In this document: piece by piece, positions 1 to 11,800 of the stretch
Position numbering within the stretch: the first letter of the stretch is position 1
Layout: the number at the start of each line of letters is the position of its first letter
NCBI RefSeq assembly: GCF_009914755.1
Contig: NC_060927.1
Length of the DNA stretch: 64,000 nucleotides
DNA from: the human T2T-CHM13v2.0 reference genome, Homo sapiens
Strand: one strand, 5' to 3'
Translations under genes and position numbers: made by a program
The notes under the pieces: model-generated
Seen by the model: only the letters and a program-made list of their open reading frames with translations
What the model was told of the DNA's origin: nothing
The model's database searches: none

Positions 1-319
1 CTCAAAGACGTTTAAATATCCACTTGCAGACTTCACAAACAGAGGGTTTCCAAACTGCTCTATGAAAAAAAAGGTTAAACTCTGTCAGTTGAACGCACAC
101 ATCACAAAGTAGCTTCTGAGAATGATACTGTCTAGTTTTTATACGAAGATATTTCCTTTCTACCATTGGCGTCAAAGCGCTAGAATTCTCCACTTGCAAA
201 TTCCACAAAAAGAGTGTTTCCAATCTGCTCTGTCTAAAGGAAGGTTCAACTCTGTGAGTTGAATACACACACACAAAGAAGCTACTGAGAATTCTTTTGT
301 CAAGAATTACAAGAAGAAA

Positions 320-336
320 TCCCGTTTCCAACGAAG
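320..336 (-). promoter_or_regulatory. CENP-B box, canonical (recurs every 2,891 bp)
   Basis: + strand TCCCGTTTCCAACGAAG = CTTCGTTGGAAACGGGA on the - strand, a perfect match to YTTCGTTGGAARCGGGA. Confidence 0.95.
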
Positions 337-660
337 GCCTCAAAGAGTTCCAAATATCCACTTGCACACTGCACAAACTAAGTCTTTCCAAACTGCTCTA
401 TGCAAAGAAATGTTCAACTCTGTGAGTTTAATACACACATCACAAAGCAGTTTCTGAGAATGATACTGTCTAGTTTTTATACGAAGATATTTCCTTTTGT
501 ACCATTGGCCTCATACTGCTAGAATTTTCCACTTGCAAATTCCACAAAAAGAGTGTTTCCAATCCGCTCTGTCTAAAGGAAGGTTCAACTCTCTGATTTG
601 AATACATACATCCCAAAAGAAGTTCCTGAGAATTCTTCTGTCTAGCATTATGTGAAGAAA

Positions 661-677
661 TCCCGTTTCCAACGAAA
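661..677 (-). promoter_or_regulatory. CENP-B box, canonical T-variant (every HOR copy)
   Basis: - strand TTTCGTTGGAAACGGGA, matches YTTCGTTGGAARCGGGA. Confidence 0.93.
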
Positions 678-1001
678 GCCTCAAAGAGGTCCAAATATCC
701 AGTTGCAGAATTTACAAACTGACTGTTTCCAAACTCATCTATGAAAAGAAAGGTTAAACTCTGGGAGTTGAATGCACATATCACAAAGTAGTTCCTGAGA
801 ATGATTCTGTCTAGTTTTCATACGAAGATATTTCCTTTTCCACCAATGGCCTCAAAGTGCTTGAAATCTCCCCTTGCAAATTCCACAGACAAGTGTCTCA
901 AATCTGCACTGTCTAAAGGAAGGTTCAACCCTGTGAGTTGAATACACACACACAGAAAAAAATTCACTGAGAATTCTATTGTCTATCATTACACGAAGAA
1001 A

Positions 1002-1018
1002 TCCCGTTTACTACGAAG
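1002..1018 (-). promoter_or_regulatory. CENP-B box, variant with intact core (every HOR copy)
   Basis: - strand CTTCGTAGTAAACGGGA. The two changes fall in non-essential positions, so the NTTCGNNNNANNCGGGN core is preserved. Confidence 0.82.
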
Positions 1019-1340
1019 GCCTCAAAGAGGTCCAAATATCCAGCTGCAGACATTGCAAACTGAGTGTTTCCAAAGTGCTCTATGAAAAGAAGTGTTAAAC
1101 ACTGTGAGTTCAATGCACACATCCCAAAGCAGTTTCTGAGAATGATTCCGTCTATTTTTTCTACGAAGATATTTCCTTTTCTGCCGTTGGCCTCAAAGCG
1201 CTTGAAATCTCCACTTGCAAATTCCACAAAAAGAGAGTTTCAAATCTGCTCTGTCTAAAGGAAGGTTCAACTCTGTGAGTTGAATACACACCACAAAAAG
1301 AAGTTACTGAGAATTCTTCTGTCTAGCATTATATGAAAAA

Positions 1341-1357
1341 TCCCGTTTCCAACGAAG
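1341..1357 (-). promoter_or_regulatory. CENP-B box, canonical
   Basis: TCCCGTTTCCAACGAAG on the + strand. Confidence 0.95.
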
Positions 1358-1598
1358 GCCACAAAGAGGTCCAAATATCCACTTGCAGATTCTGCAAAAA
1401 GAGTGTTTCCAAACTGCTCTATGAAAAGAAACGTTAAACTCTGTGAGTTGAACGCAAACATCACAAAGTAGTTTCTGAGAATGACTCCGTCTAGTTTTTA
1501 TACGAAGATATTTCCTTTCCTACCATTCACTTCAAAGCGCTTGAAGTCTCCCCCTGAAAATTCCACAAAAAGTGTTTCCAATCTGCTCCGCCTAAAGG

Positions 1599-1604
1599 AA
1601 GCTT
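1599..1604. other. Single HindIII site (AAGCTT) per HOR, predicting a 2.9-kb restriction band
   Basis: GGAAGCTTCAACTC seen once per unit (1599, 4490, ...). Consistent with the classical 2.9-kb HindIII definition of D3Z1. Confidence 0.85.
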
Positions 1605-1678
1605 CAACTCTGTGACTTGAATACCCACAACCCAAAGAAGTTACTGAGAATTCTTCTGTCTAGCATTATATGAAGAAA

Positions 1679-1695
1679 TCCCGTTTCCAACGAAG
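1679..1695 (-). promoter_or_regulatory. CENP-B box, canonical
   Basis: TCCCGTTTCCAACGAAG on the + strand. Confidence 0.95.
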
Positions 1696-2017
1696 GCCTC
1701 AAATACATCCAAATATCCAGTTGCTGACTTTACAAACTGAGTGTTTCCAAACTGCTCTATGAAAAGAAAGGTTAAACACTGTGAGTTGAACACACACGTA
1801 CCAAAGTAGTTTCTGAGAATGATTCTGTCTAGTTTGCATACGAAGATATTTCCTTTTCTACCATTGGCCTCAAAGCTCTGAAATCTCCACTTGCAAATTC
1901 CACAAAAAGAGAGTTTCAAATCTGCTGTTTCTAAAGGAAAGTTCAACTCTGAGAGTTGAATACACACCAGAAAAAGCAGTTACTGAGAAGTCTTCTGTCT
2001 AGCATTATATGAAGAAA

Positions 2018-2034
2018 TCCCATTTCCAACGAAG
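2018..2034 (-). promoter_or_regulatory. Degenerate CENP-B box (core CGGG>TGGG), predicted non-binding; fixed across copies
   Basis: + strand TCCCATTTCCAACGAAG = CTTCGTTGGAAATGGGA on the - strand. An essential core C is lost. Confidence 0.85.
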
Positions 2035-2358
2035 ACTTCAAAGAGGTCCAAATATCCACTTGCAGATTCTGCAAAAAGAGTGTTTCGAAACAACTCTATG
2101 AAAAGAAAGGTTAAACACTGTGAGTTGAACGCACACATTGCAAAGCAGTTTCTGAGAATGATTCCGTCTAATTATTATACGAAGGTATTTCCTTTTCTAT
2201 CATTGGCCTCAAAGCGCTTGATACCTCCACCTGAAAATTCCACAAAAAGAGTGTTTCCAATCTACTCTGTCTAAAGGAACGTTCAACTCTGTGAGTTGAA
2301 TACACACACACAGAAAGAATTCACTGAGAATTCTTCTGTCTGGCATTACATGAAGAAA

Positions 2359-2375
2359 TCCCGTTTCCAACGAAG
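2359..2375 (-). promoter_or_regulatory. CENP-B box, canonical
   Basis: TCCCGTTTCCAACGAAG on the + strand. Confidence 0.95.
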
Positions 2376-2529
2376 GCCTCAAAGAGGTCCAAATATCCAC
2401 TTGCAGATTCTGCAAAAAGAGTGTTTCAAAACCGCTCCATTAAAAGGAATGTTGAACTCTGTGAGTTGAATGCAAACATCACAACTCAGTTGCTGAGAAT
2501 GCTTCTGACTAGATTTTATGGTAAGATAT

Positions 2530-2546
2530 TTCCTTTTCTACCGTAG
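2530..2546 (+). other. A-box / pJalpha-like motif in the divergent A-type monomer (every HOR copy)
   Basis: TTCCTTTTCTACCGTAG versus the pJalpha consensus TTCCTTTTYCACCRTAG (1 mismatch). It sits at the monomer position equivalent to the CENP-B box. Other A monomers carry more degenerate forms such as TTCCTTTTCTACCATTG. Confidence 0.7.
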
Positions 2547-2872
2547 GCTTCAATGCCTTCTAAATACACCCTTGCAAATTCTACAAAGAGACTGTTTCAT
2601 AACTGCTCTATAGGAAGAAAGGTTCAACTCTGTGAGTTGAATGCAGAGATCACAACGTGGTTTCTGCGAATGATTCTTTGTAGTTTTTACATGAAGATAT
2701 TTCGTTGTCAACCATAGGCTTCAAAGCACTCAAAGTATTCACTTGGAACTTTTACAAAAAGAGTGTTACAAAACTGCTCTTTCCAAAGTAAGGTTCAACT
2801 CGGTGAGTTGAATGCACACATAACAATCAAGAAGTATCTGAGAATTCTTCTGTCCTGGTTTATATGAAGAAA

Positions 2873-2889
2873 TCCCGTTTCCAACGAAG
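2873..2889 (-). promoter_or_regulatory. CENP-B box, canonical
   Basis: TCCCGTTTCCAACGAAG on the + strand. Confidence 0.95.
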
Positions 2890-5800
2890 GCCTCAAAGAC
2901 GTTTAAATATCCACTTGCAGACTTCACAAACAGAGGGTTTCCAAACTTCTCTATGAAAAAAAAGGTTAAACTCTGTCAGTTGAACGCACACATCACAAAG
3001 TAGCTTCTGAGAATGATACTGTCTAGTTTTTATACGAAGATATTTCCTTTCTACCATTGGCGTCAAAGCGCTAGAATTCTCCACTTGCAAATTCCACAAA
3101 AAGAGTGTTTCCAATCTGCTCTGTCTAAAGGAAGGTTCAACTCTGTGAGTTGAATACACACACACAAAGAAGCTACTGAGAATTCTTTTGTCAAGAATTA
3201 CAAGAAGAAATCCCGTTTCCAACGAAGGCCTCAAAGAGTTCCAAATATCCACTTGCACGCTGCACAAACTAAGTCTTTCCAAACTGCTCTATGCAAAGAA
3301 ATGTTCAACTCTGTGAGTTTAATACGCACATCACAAAGCAGTTTCTGAGAATGATACTGTCTAGTTTTTATACGAAGATATTTCCTTTTGTACCATTGGC
3401 CTCATACTGCTAGAATTTTCCACTTGCAAATTCCACAAAAAGAGTGTTTCCAATCCGCTCTGTCTAAAGGAAGGTTCAACTCTCTGATTTGAATACATAC
3501 ATCCCAAAAGAAGTTCCTGAGAATTCTTCTGTCTAGCATTATGTGAAGAAATCCCGTTTCCAACGAAAGCCTCAAAGAGGTCCAAATATCCAGTTGCAGA
3601 ATTTACAAACTGACTGTTTCCAAACTCATCTATGAAAAGAAAGGTTAAACTCTGGGAGTTGAATGCACATATCACAAAGTAGTTCCTGAGAATGATTCTG
3701 TCTAGTTTTCATACGAAGATATTTCCTTTTCCACCAATGGCCTCAAAGTGCTTGAAATCTCCCCTTGCAAATTCCACAGACAAGTGTTTCAAATCTGCAC
3801 TGTCTAAAGGAAGGTTCAACCCTGTGAGTTGAATACACACACACAGAAAAAAATTCACTGAGAATTCTATTGTCTATCATTACACGAAGAAATCCCGTTT
3901 ACTACGAAGGCCTCAAAGAGGTCCAAATATCCAGCTGCAGACATTACAAACTGAGTGTTTCCAAATTGCTCTATGAAAAGAAGTGTTAAACACTGTGAGT
4001 TCAATGCACACATCCCAAAGCAGTTTCTGAGAATGATTCCGTCTATTTTTTCTACGAAGATATTTCCTTTTCTGCCGTTGGCCTCAAAGCGCTTGAAATC
4101 TCCACTTGCAAATTCCACAAAAAGAGAGTTTCAAATCTGCTCTGTCTAAAGGAAGGTTCAACTCTGTGAGTTGAATACACACCACAAAAAGAAGTTACTG
4201 AGAATTCTTCTGTCTAGCATTATATGAAAAATCCCGTTTCCAACGAAGGCCACAAAGAGGTCCAAATATCCACTTGCAGATTCTGCAAAAAGAGTGTTTC
4301 CAAACTGCTCTATGAAAAGAAACGTTAAACTCTGTGAGTTGAACGCAAACATCACAAAGTAGTTTCTGAGAATGACTCCGTCTAGTTTTTATACGAAGAT
4401 ATTTCCTTTCCTACCATTCACTTCAAAGCGCTTGAAGTCTCCCCCTGAAAATTCCACAAAAAGTGTTTCCAATCTGCTCCGCCTAAAGGAAGCTTCAACT
4501 CTGTGACTTGAATACCCACAACCCAAAGAAGTTACTGAGAATTCTTCTGTCTAGCATTATATGAAGAAATCCCGTTTCCAACGAAGGCCTCAAATACATC
4601 CAAATATCCAGTTGCTGACTTTACAAACTGAGTGTTTCCAAACTGCTCTATGAAAAGAAAGGTTAAACACTGTGAGTTGAACACACACGTACCAAAGTAG
4701 TTTCTGAGAATGATTCTGTCTAGTTTGCATACGAAGATATTTCCTTTTCTACCATTGGCCTCAAAGCTCTGAAATCTCCACTTGCAAATTCCACAAAAAG
4801 AGAGTTTCAAATCTGCTGTTTCTAAAGGAAAGTTCAACTCTGAGAGTTGAATACACACCAGAAAAAGCAGTTACTGAGAAGTCTTCTGTCTAGCATTATA
4901 TGAAGAAATCCCATTTCCAACGAAGACTTCAAAGAGGTCCAAATATCCACTTGCAGATTCTGCAAAAAGAGTGTTTCGAAACAACTCTATGAAAAGAAAG
5001 GTTAAACACTGTGAGTTGAACGCACACATTGCAAAGCAGTTTCTGAGAATGATTCCGTCTAATTATTATACGAAGGTATTTCCTTTTCTATCATTGGCCT
5101 CAAAGCGCTTGATACCTCCACCTGAAAATTCCACAAAAAGAGTGTTTCCAATCTACTCTGTCTAAAGGAACGTTCAACTCTGTGAGTTGAATACACACAC
5201 ACAGAAAGAATTCACTGAGAATTCTTCTGTCTGGCATTACATGAAGAAATCCCGTTTCCAACGAAGGCCTCAAAGAGGTCCAAATATCCACTTGCAGATT
5301 CTGCAAAAAGAGTGTTTCAAAACCGCTCCATTAAAAGGAATGTTGAACTCTGTGAGTTGAATGCAAACATCACAACTCAGTTGCTGAGAATGCTTCTGAC
5401 TAGATTTTATGGTAAGATATTTCCTTTTCTACCGTAGGCTTCAATGCCCTCTAAATACACCCTTGCAAATTCTACAAAGAGACTGTTTCATAACTGCTCT
5501 ATAGGAAGAAAGGTTCAACTCTGTGAGTTGAATGCAGAGATCACAACGTGGTTTCTGCGAATGATTCTTTGTAGTTTTTACATGAAGATATTTCGTTGTC
5601 AACCGTAGGCTTCAAAGCACTCAAAGTATTCACTTGGAACTTTTACAAAAAGAGTGTTAGAAAACTGCTCTTTCCAAAGTAAGGTTCAACTCTGTGAGTT
5701 GAATGCACACATAACAATCAAGAAGTTTCTGAGAATTCTTCTGTCCTGGTTTATATGAAGAAATCCCGTTTCCAACGAAGGCCTCAAAGACGTTTAAATA

Positions 5801-8800
5801 TCCACTTGCAGACTTCACAAACAGAGGGTTTCCAAACTGCTCTATGAAAAAAAAGGTTAAACTCTGTGAGTTGAACGCACACATCACAAAGTAGCTTCTG
5901 AGAATGATACTGTCTAGTTTTTATACGAAGATATTTCCTTTCTACCATTGGCGTCAAAGCGCTAGAATTCTCCACTTGCAAATTCCACAAAAAGAGTGTT
6001 TCCAATCTGCTCTGTCTAAAGGAAGGTTCAACTCTGTGAGTTGAATACACACACACAAAGAAGCTACTGAGAATTCTTTTGTCAAGAATTACAAGAAGAA
6101 ATCCCGTTTCCAACGAAGGCCTCAAAGAGTTCCAAATATCCACTTGCACACTGCACAAACTAAGTCTTTCCAAACTGCTCTATGCAAAGAAATGTTCAAC
6201 TCTGTGAGTTTAATACGCACATCACAAAGCAGTTTCTGAGAATGATACTGTCTAGTTTTTATACGAAGATATTTCCTTTTGTACCATTGGCCTCATACTG
6301 CTAGAATTTTCCACTTGCAAATTCCACAAAAAGAGTGTTTCCAATCCGCTCTGTCTAAAGGAAGGTTCAACTCTCTGATTTGAATACATACATCCCAAAA
6401 GAAGTTCCTGAGAATTCTTCTGTCTAGCATTATGTGAAGAAATCCCGTTTCCAACGAAAGCCTCAAAGAGGTCCAAATATCCAGTTGCAGAATTTACAAA
6501 CTGACTGTTTCCAAACTCATCTATGAAAAGAAAGGTTAAACTCTGGGAGTTGAATGCACATATCACAAAGTAGTTCCTGAGAATGATTCTGTCTAGTTTT
6601 CATACGAAGATATTTCCTTTTCCACCAATGGCCTCAAAGTGCTTGAAATCTCCCCTTGCAAATTCCACAGACAAGTGTTTCAAATCTGCACTGTCTAAAG
6701 GAAGGTTCAACCCTGTGAGTTGAATACACACACACAGAAAAAAATTCACTGAGAATTCTATTGTCTATCATTACACGAAGAAATCCCGTTTACTACGAAG
6801 GCCTCAAAGAGGTCCAAATATCCAGCTGCAGACATTACAAACTGAGTGTTTCCAAAGTGCTCTATGAAAAGAAGTGTTAAACACTGTGAGTTCAATGCAC
6901 ACATCCCAAAGCAGTTTCTGAGAATGATTCCGTCTATTTTTTCTACAAAGATATTTCCTTTTCTGCCGTTGGCCTCAAAGCGCTTGAAATCTCCACTTGC
7001 AAATTCCACAAAAAGAGAGTTTCAAATCTGCTCTGTCTAAAGGAAGGTTCAACTCTGTGAGTTGAATACACACCACAAAAAGAAGTTACTGAGAATTCTT
7101 CTGTCTAGCATTATATGAAAAATCCCGTTTCCAACGAAGGCCACAAAGAGGTCCAAATATCCACTTGCAGATTCTGCAAAAAGAGTGTTTCCAAACTGCT
7201 CTATGAAAAGAAACGTTAAACTCTGTGAGTTGAACGCAAACATCACAAAGTAGTTTCTGAGAATGACTCCGTCTAGTTTTTATACGAAGATATTTCCTTT
7301 CCTACCATTCACTTCAAAGCGCTTGAAGTCTCCCCCTGAAAATTCCACAAAAAGTGTTTCCAATCTGCTCCGCCTAAAGGAAGCTTCAACTCTGTGACTT
7401 GAATACCCACAACCCAAAGAAGTTACTGAGAATTCTTCTGTCTAGCATTATATGAAGAAATCCCGTTTCCAACGAAGGCCTCAAATACATCCAAATATCC
7501 AGTTGCTGACTTTACAAACTGAGTGTTTCCAAACTGCTCTATGAAAAGAAAGGTTAAACACTGTGAGTTGAACACACACGTACCAAAGTAGTTTCTGAGA
7601 ATGATTCTGTCTAGTTTGCATACGAAGATATTTCCTTTTCTACCATTGGCCTCAAAGCTCTGAAATCTCCACTTGCAAATTCCACAAAAAGAGAGTTTCA
7701 AATCTGCTGTTTCTAAAGGAAAGTTCAACTCTGAGAGTTGAATACACACCAGAAAAAGCAGTTACTGAGAAGTCTTCTGTCTAGCATTATATGAAGAAAT
7801 CCCATTTCCAACGAAGACTTCAAAGAGGTCCAAATATCCACTTGCAGATTCTGCAAAAAGAGTGTTTCGAAACAACTCTATGAAAAGAAAGGTTAAACAC
7901 TGTGAGTTGAACGCACACATTGCAAAGCAGTTTCTGAGAATGATTCCGTCTAATTATTATACGAAGGTATTTCCTTTTCTATCATTGGCCTCAAAGCGCT
8001 TGATACCTCCACCTGAAAATTCCACAAAAAGAGTGTTTCCAATCTACTCTGTCTAAAGGAACGTTCAACTCTGTGAGTTGAATACACACACACAGAAAGA
8101 ATTCACTGAGAATTCTTCTGTCTGGCATTACATGAAGAAATCCCGTTTCCAACGAAGGCCTCAAAGAGGTCCAAATATCCACTTGCAGATTCTGCAAAAA
8201 GAGTGTTTCAAAACCGCTCCATTAAAAGGAATGTTGAACTCTGTGAGTTGAATGCAAACATCACAACTCAGTTGCTGAGAATGCTTCTGACTAGATTTTA
8301 TGGTAAGATATTTCCTTTTCTACCGTAGGCTTCAATGCCCTCTAAATACACCCTTGCAAATTCTACAAAGAGACTGTTTCATAACTGCTCTATAGGAAGA
8401 AAGGTTCAACTCTGTGAGTTGAATGCAGAGATCACAACGTGGTTTCTGCGAATGATTCTTTGTAGTTTTTACATGAAGATATTTCGTTGTCAACCGTAGG
8501 CTTCAAAGCACTCAAAGTATTCACTTGGAACTTTTACAAAAAGAGTGTTAGAAAACTGCTCTTTCCAAAGTAAGGTTCAACTCTGTGAGTTGAATGCACA
8601 CATAACAATCAAGAAGTTTCTGAGAATTCTTCTGTCCTGGTTTATATGAAGAAATCCCGTTTCCAACGAAGGCCTCAAAGACGTTTAAATATCCACTTGC
8701 AGACTTCACAAACAGAGGGTTTCCAAACTGCTCTATGAAAAAAAAGGTTAAACTCTGTCAGTTGAACGCACACATCACAAAGTAGCTTCTGAGAATGATA

Positions 8801-11800
8801 CTGTCTAGTTTTTATACGAAGATATTTCCTTTCTACCATTGGCGTCAAAGCGCTAGAATTCTCCACTTGCAAATTCCACAAAAAGAGTGTTTCCAATCTG
8901 CTCTGTCTAAAGGAAGGTTCAACTCTGTGAGTTGAATACACACACACAAAGAAGCTACTGAGAATTCTTTTGTCAAGAATTACAAGAAGAAATCCCGTTT
9001 CCAACGAAGGCCTCAAAGAGTTCCAAATATCCACTTGCACACTGCACAAACTAAGTCTTTCCAAACTGCTCTATGCAAAGAAATGTTCAACTCTGTGAGT
9101 TTAATACGCACATCACAAAGCAGTTTCTGAGAATGATACTGTCTAGTTTTTATACGAAGATATTTCCTTTTGTACCATTGGCCTCATACTGCTAGAATTT
9201 TCCACTTGCAAATTCCACAAAAAGAGTGTTTCCAATCCGCTCTGTCTAAAGGAAGGTTCAACTCTCTGATTTGAATACATACATCCCAAAAGAAGTTCCT
9301 GAGAATTCTTCTGTCTAGCATTATGTGAAGAAATCCCGTTTCCAACGAAAGCCTCAAAGAGGTCCAAATATCCAGTTGCAGAATTTACAAACTGACTGTT
9401 TCCAAACTCATCTATGAAAAGAAAGGTTAAACTCTGGGAGTTGAATGCACATATCACAAAGTAGTTCCTGAGAATGATTCTGTCTAGTTTTCATACGAAG
9501 ATATTTCCTTTTCCACCAATGGCCTCAAAGTGCTTGAAATCTCCCCTTGCAAATTCCACAGACAAGTGTTTCAAATCTGCACTGTCTAAAGGAAGGTTCA
9601 ACCCTGTGAGTTGAATACACACACACAGAAAAAAATTCACTGAGAATTCTATTGTCTATCATTACACGAAGAAATCCCGTTTACTACGAAAGCCTCAAAG
9701 AGGTCCAAATATCCAGCTGCAGACATTACAAACTGAGTGTTTCCAAATTGCTCTATGAAAAGAAGTGTTAAACACTGTGAGTTCAATGCACACATCCCAA
9801 AGCAGTTTCTGAGAATGATTCCGTCTATTTTTTCTACGAAGATATTTCCTTTTCTGCCGTTGGCCTCAAAGCGCTTGAAATCTCCACTTGCAAATTCCAC
9901 AAAAAGAGAGTTTCAAATCTGCTCTGTCTAAAGGAAGGTTCAACTCTGTGAGTTGAATACACACCACAAAAAGAAGTTACTGAGAATTCTTCTGTCTAGC
10001 ATTATATGAAAAATCCCGTTTCCAACGAAGGCCACAAAGAGGTCCAAATATCCACTTGCAGATTCTGCAAAAAGAGTGTTTCCAAACTGCTCTATGAAAA
10101 GAAGCGTTAAACTCTGTGAGTTGAATGCAAACATCACAAAGTAGTTTCTGAGAATGACTCCGTCTAGTTTTTATACGAAGATATTTCCTTTCCTACCATT
10201 CACTTCAAAGCGCTTGAAGTCTCCCCCTGAAAATTCCACAAAAAGTGTTTCCAATCTGCTCCGCCTAAAGGAAGCTTCAACTCTGTGACTTGAATACCCA
10301 CAACCCAAAGAAGTTACTGAGAATTCTTCTGTCTAGCATTATATGAAGAAATCCCGTTTCCAACGAAGGCCTCAAATACATCCAAATATCCAGTTGCTGA
10401 CTTTACAAACTGAGTGTTTCCAAACTGCTCTATGAAAAGAAAGGTTAAACACTGTGAGTTGAACACACACGTACCAAAGTAGTTTCTGAGAATGATTCTG
10501 TCTAGTTTGCATACGAAGATATTTCCTTTTCTACCATTGGCCTCAAAGCTCTGAAATCTCCACTTGCAAATTCCACAAAAAGAGAGTTTCAAATCTGCTG
10601 TTTCTAAAGGAAAGTTCAACTCTGAGAGTTGAATACACACCAGAAAAAGCAGTTACTGAGAAGTCTTCTGTCTAGCATTATATGAAGAAATCCCATTTCC
10701 AACGAAGACTTCAAAGAGGTCCAAATATCCACTTGCAGATTCTGCAAAAAGAGTGTTTCGAAACAACTGTATGAAAAGAAAGGTTAAACACTGTGAGTTG
10801 AACGCACACATTGCAAAGCAGTTTCTGAGAATGATTCCGTCTAATTATTATACGAAGGTATTTCCTTTTCTATCATTGGCCTCAAAGCGCTTGATACCTC
10901 CACCTGAAAATTCCACAAAAAGAGTGTTTCCAATCTACTCTGTCTAAAGGAACGTTCAACTCTGTGAGTTGAATACACACACACAGAAAGAATTCACTGA
11001 GAATTCTTCTGTCTGGCATTACATGAAGAAATCCCGTTTCCAACGAAGGCCTCAAAGAGGTCCAAATATCCACTTGCAGATTCTGCAAAAAGAGTGTTTC
11101 AAAACCGCTCCATTAAAAGGAATGTTGAACTCTGTGAGTTGAATGCAAACATCACAACTCAGTTGCTGAGAATGCTTCTGACTAGATTTTATGGTAAGAT
11201 ATTTCCTTTTCTACCGTAGGCTTCAATGCCCTCTAAATACACCCTTGCAAATTCTACAAAGAGACTGTTTCATAACTGCTCTATAGGAAGAAAGGTTCAA
11301 CTCTGTGAGTTGAATGCAGAGATCACAACGTGGTTTCTGCGAATGATTCTTTGTAGTTTTTACATGAAGATATTTCGTTGTCAACCGTAGGCTTCAAAGC
11401 ACTCAAAGTATTCACTTGGAACTTTTACAAAAAGAGTGTTAGAAAACTGCTCTTTCCAAAGTAAGGTTCAACTCTGTGAGTTGAATGCACACATAACAAT
11501 CAAGAAGTTTCTGAGAATTCTTCTGTCCTGGTTTATATGAAGAAATCCCGTTTCCAACGAAGGCCTCAAAGACGTTTAAATATCCACTTGCAGACTTCAC
11601 AAACAGAGGGTTTCCAAACTGCTCTATGAAAAGAAAGGTTAAACTCTGTGAGTTGAACGCACACATCACAAAGTAGCTTCTGAGAATGATACTGTCTAGT
11701 TTTTATACGAAGATATTTCCTTTCTACCATTGGCGTCAAAGCGCTAGAATTCTCCACTTGCAAATTCCACAAAAAGAGTGTTTCCAATCTGCTCTGTCTA

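Larger units (their letters stand above)
1..2891 (-). repeat. HOR copy 1 (reference 17-mer unit: 8 B-type + 9 A-type monomers)
   Basis: CENP-B-box positions at 320, 661, 1002, 1341, 1679, 2018, 2359, 2873 and next 3211. Spacings 341, 341, 339, 338, 339, 341, 514, 338 sum to 2891, i.e. seven dimers plus one trimer = 17 monomers. Confidence 0.96.

Noticed and set aside
65-72. A8 run and short (CA)n runs that might suggest a retrotransposon tail or microsatellite
   Set aside because: The A run arises from a G>A substitution in AAAAGAAA with no length change. The CA runs are 4-5 units intrinsic to the monomer, and there is no target-site duplication or Alu/L1 sequence.
320-2889. Regularly spaced conserved 17-20 bp motif resembling a CRISPR repeat-spacer array
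   Set aside because: The motifs are CENP-B boxes. The intervening ~320 bp are homologous satellite monomers rather than unique spacers, and no cas genes are present.
5591-5607. Plus-strand CENP-B-box look-alike TTTCGTTGTCAACCGTA in the divergent monomer (opposite orientation to the real boxes)
   Set aside because: It matches 13/17 positions but only 6 of the 9 essential core bases. It is a degenerate A-box and the flanks are not inverted, so it is neither a functional box nor an inversion.
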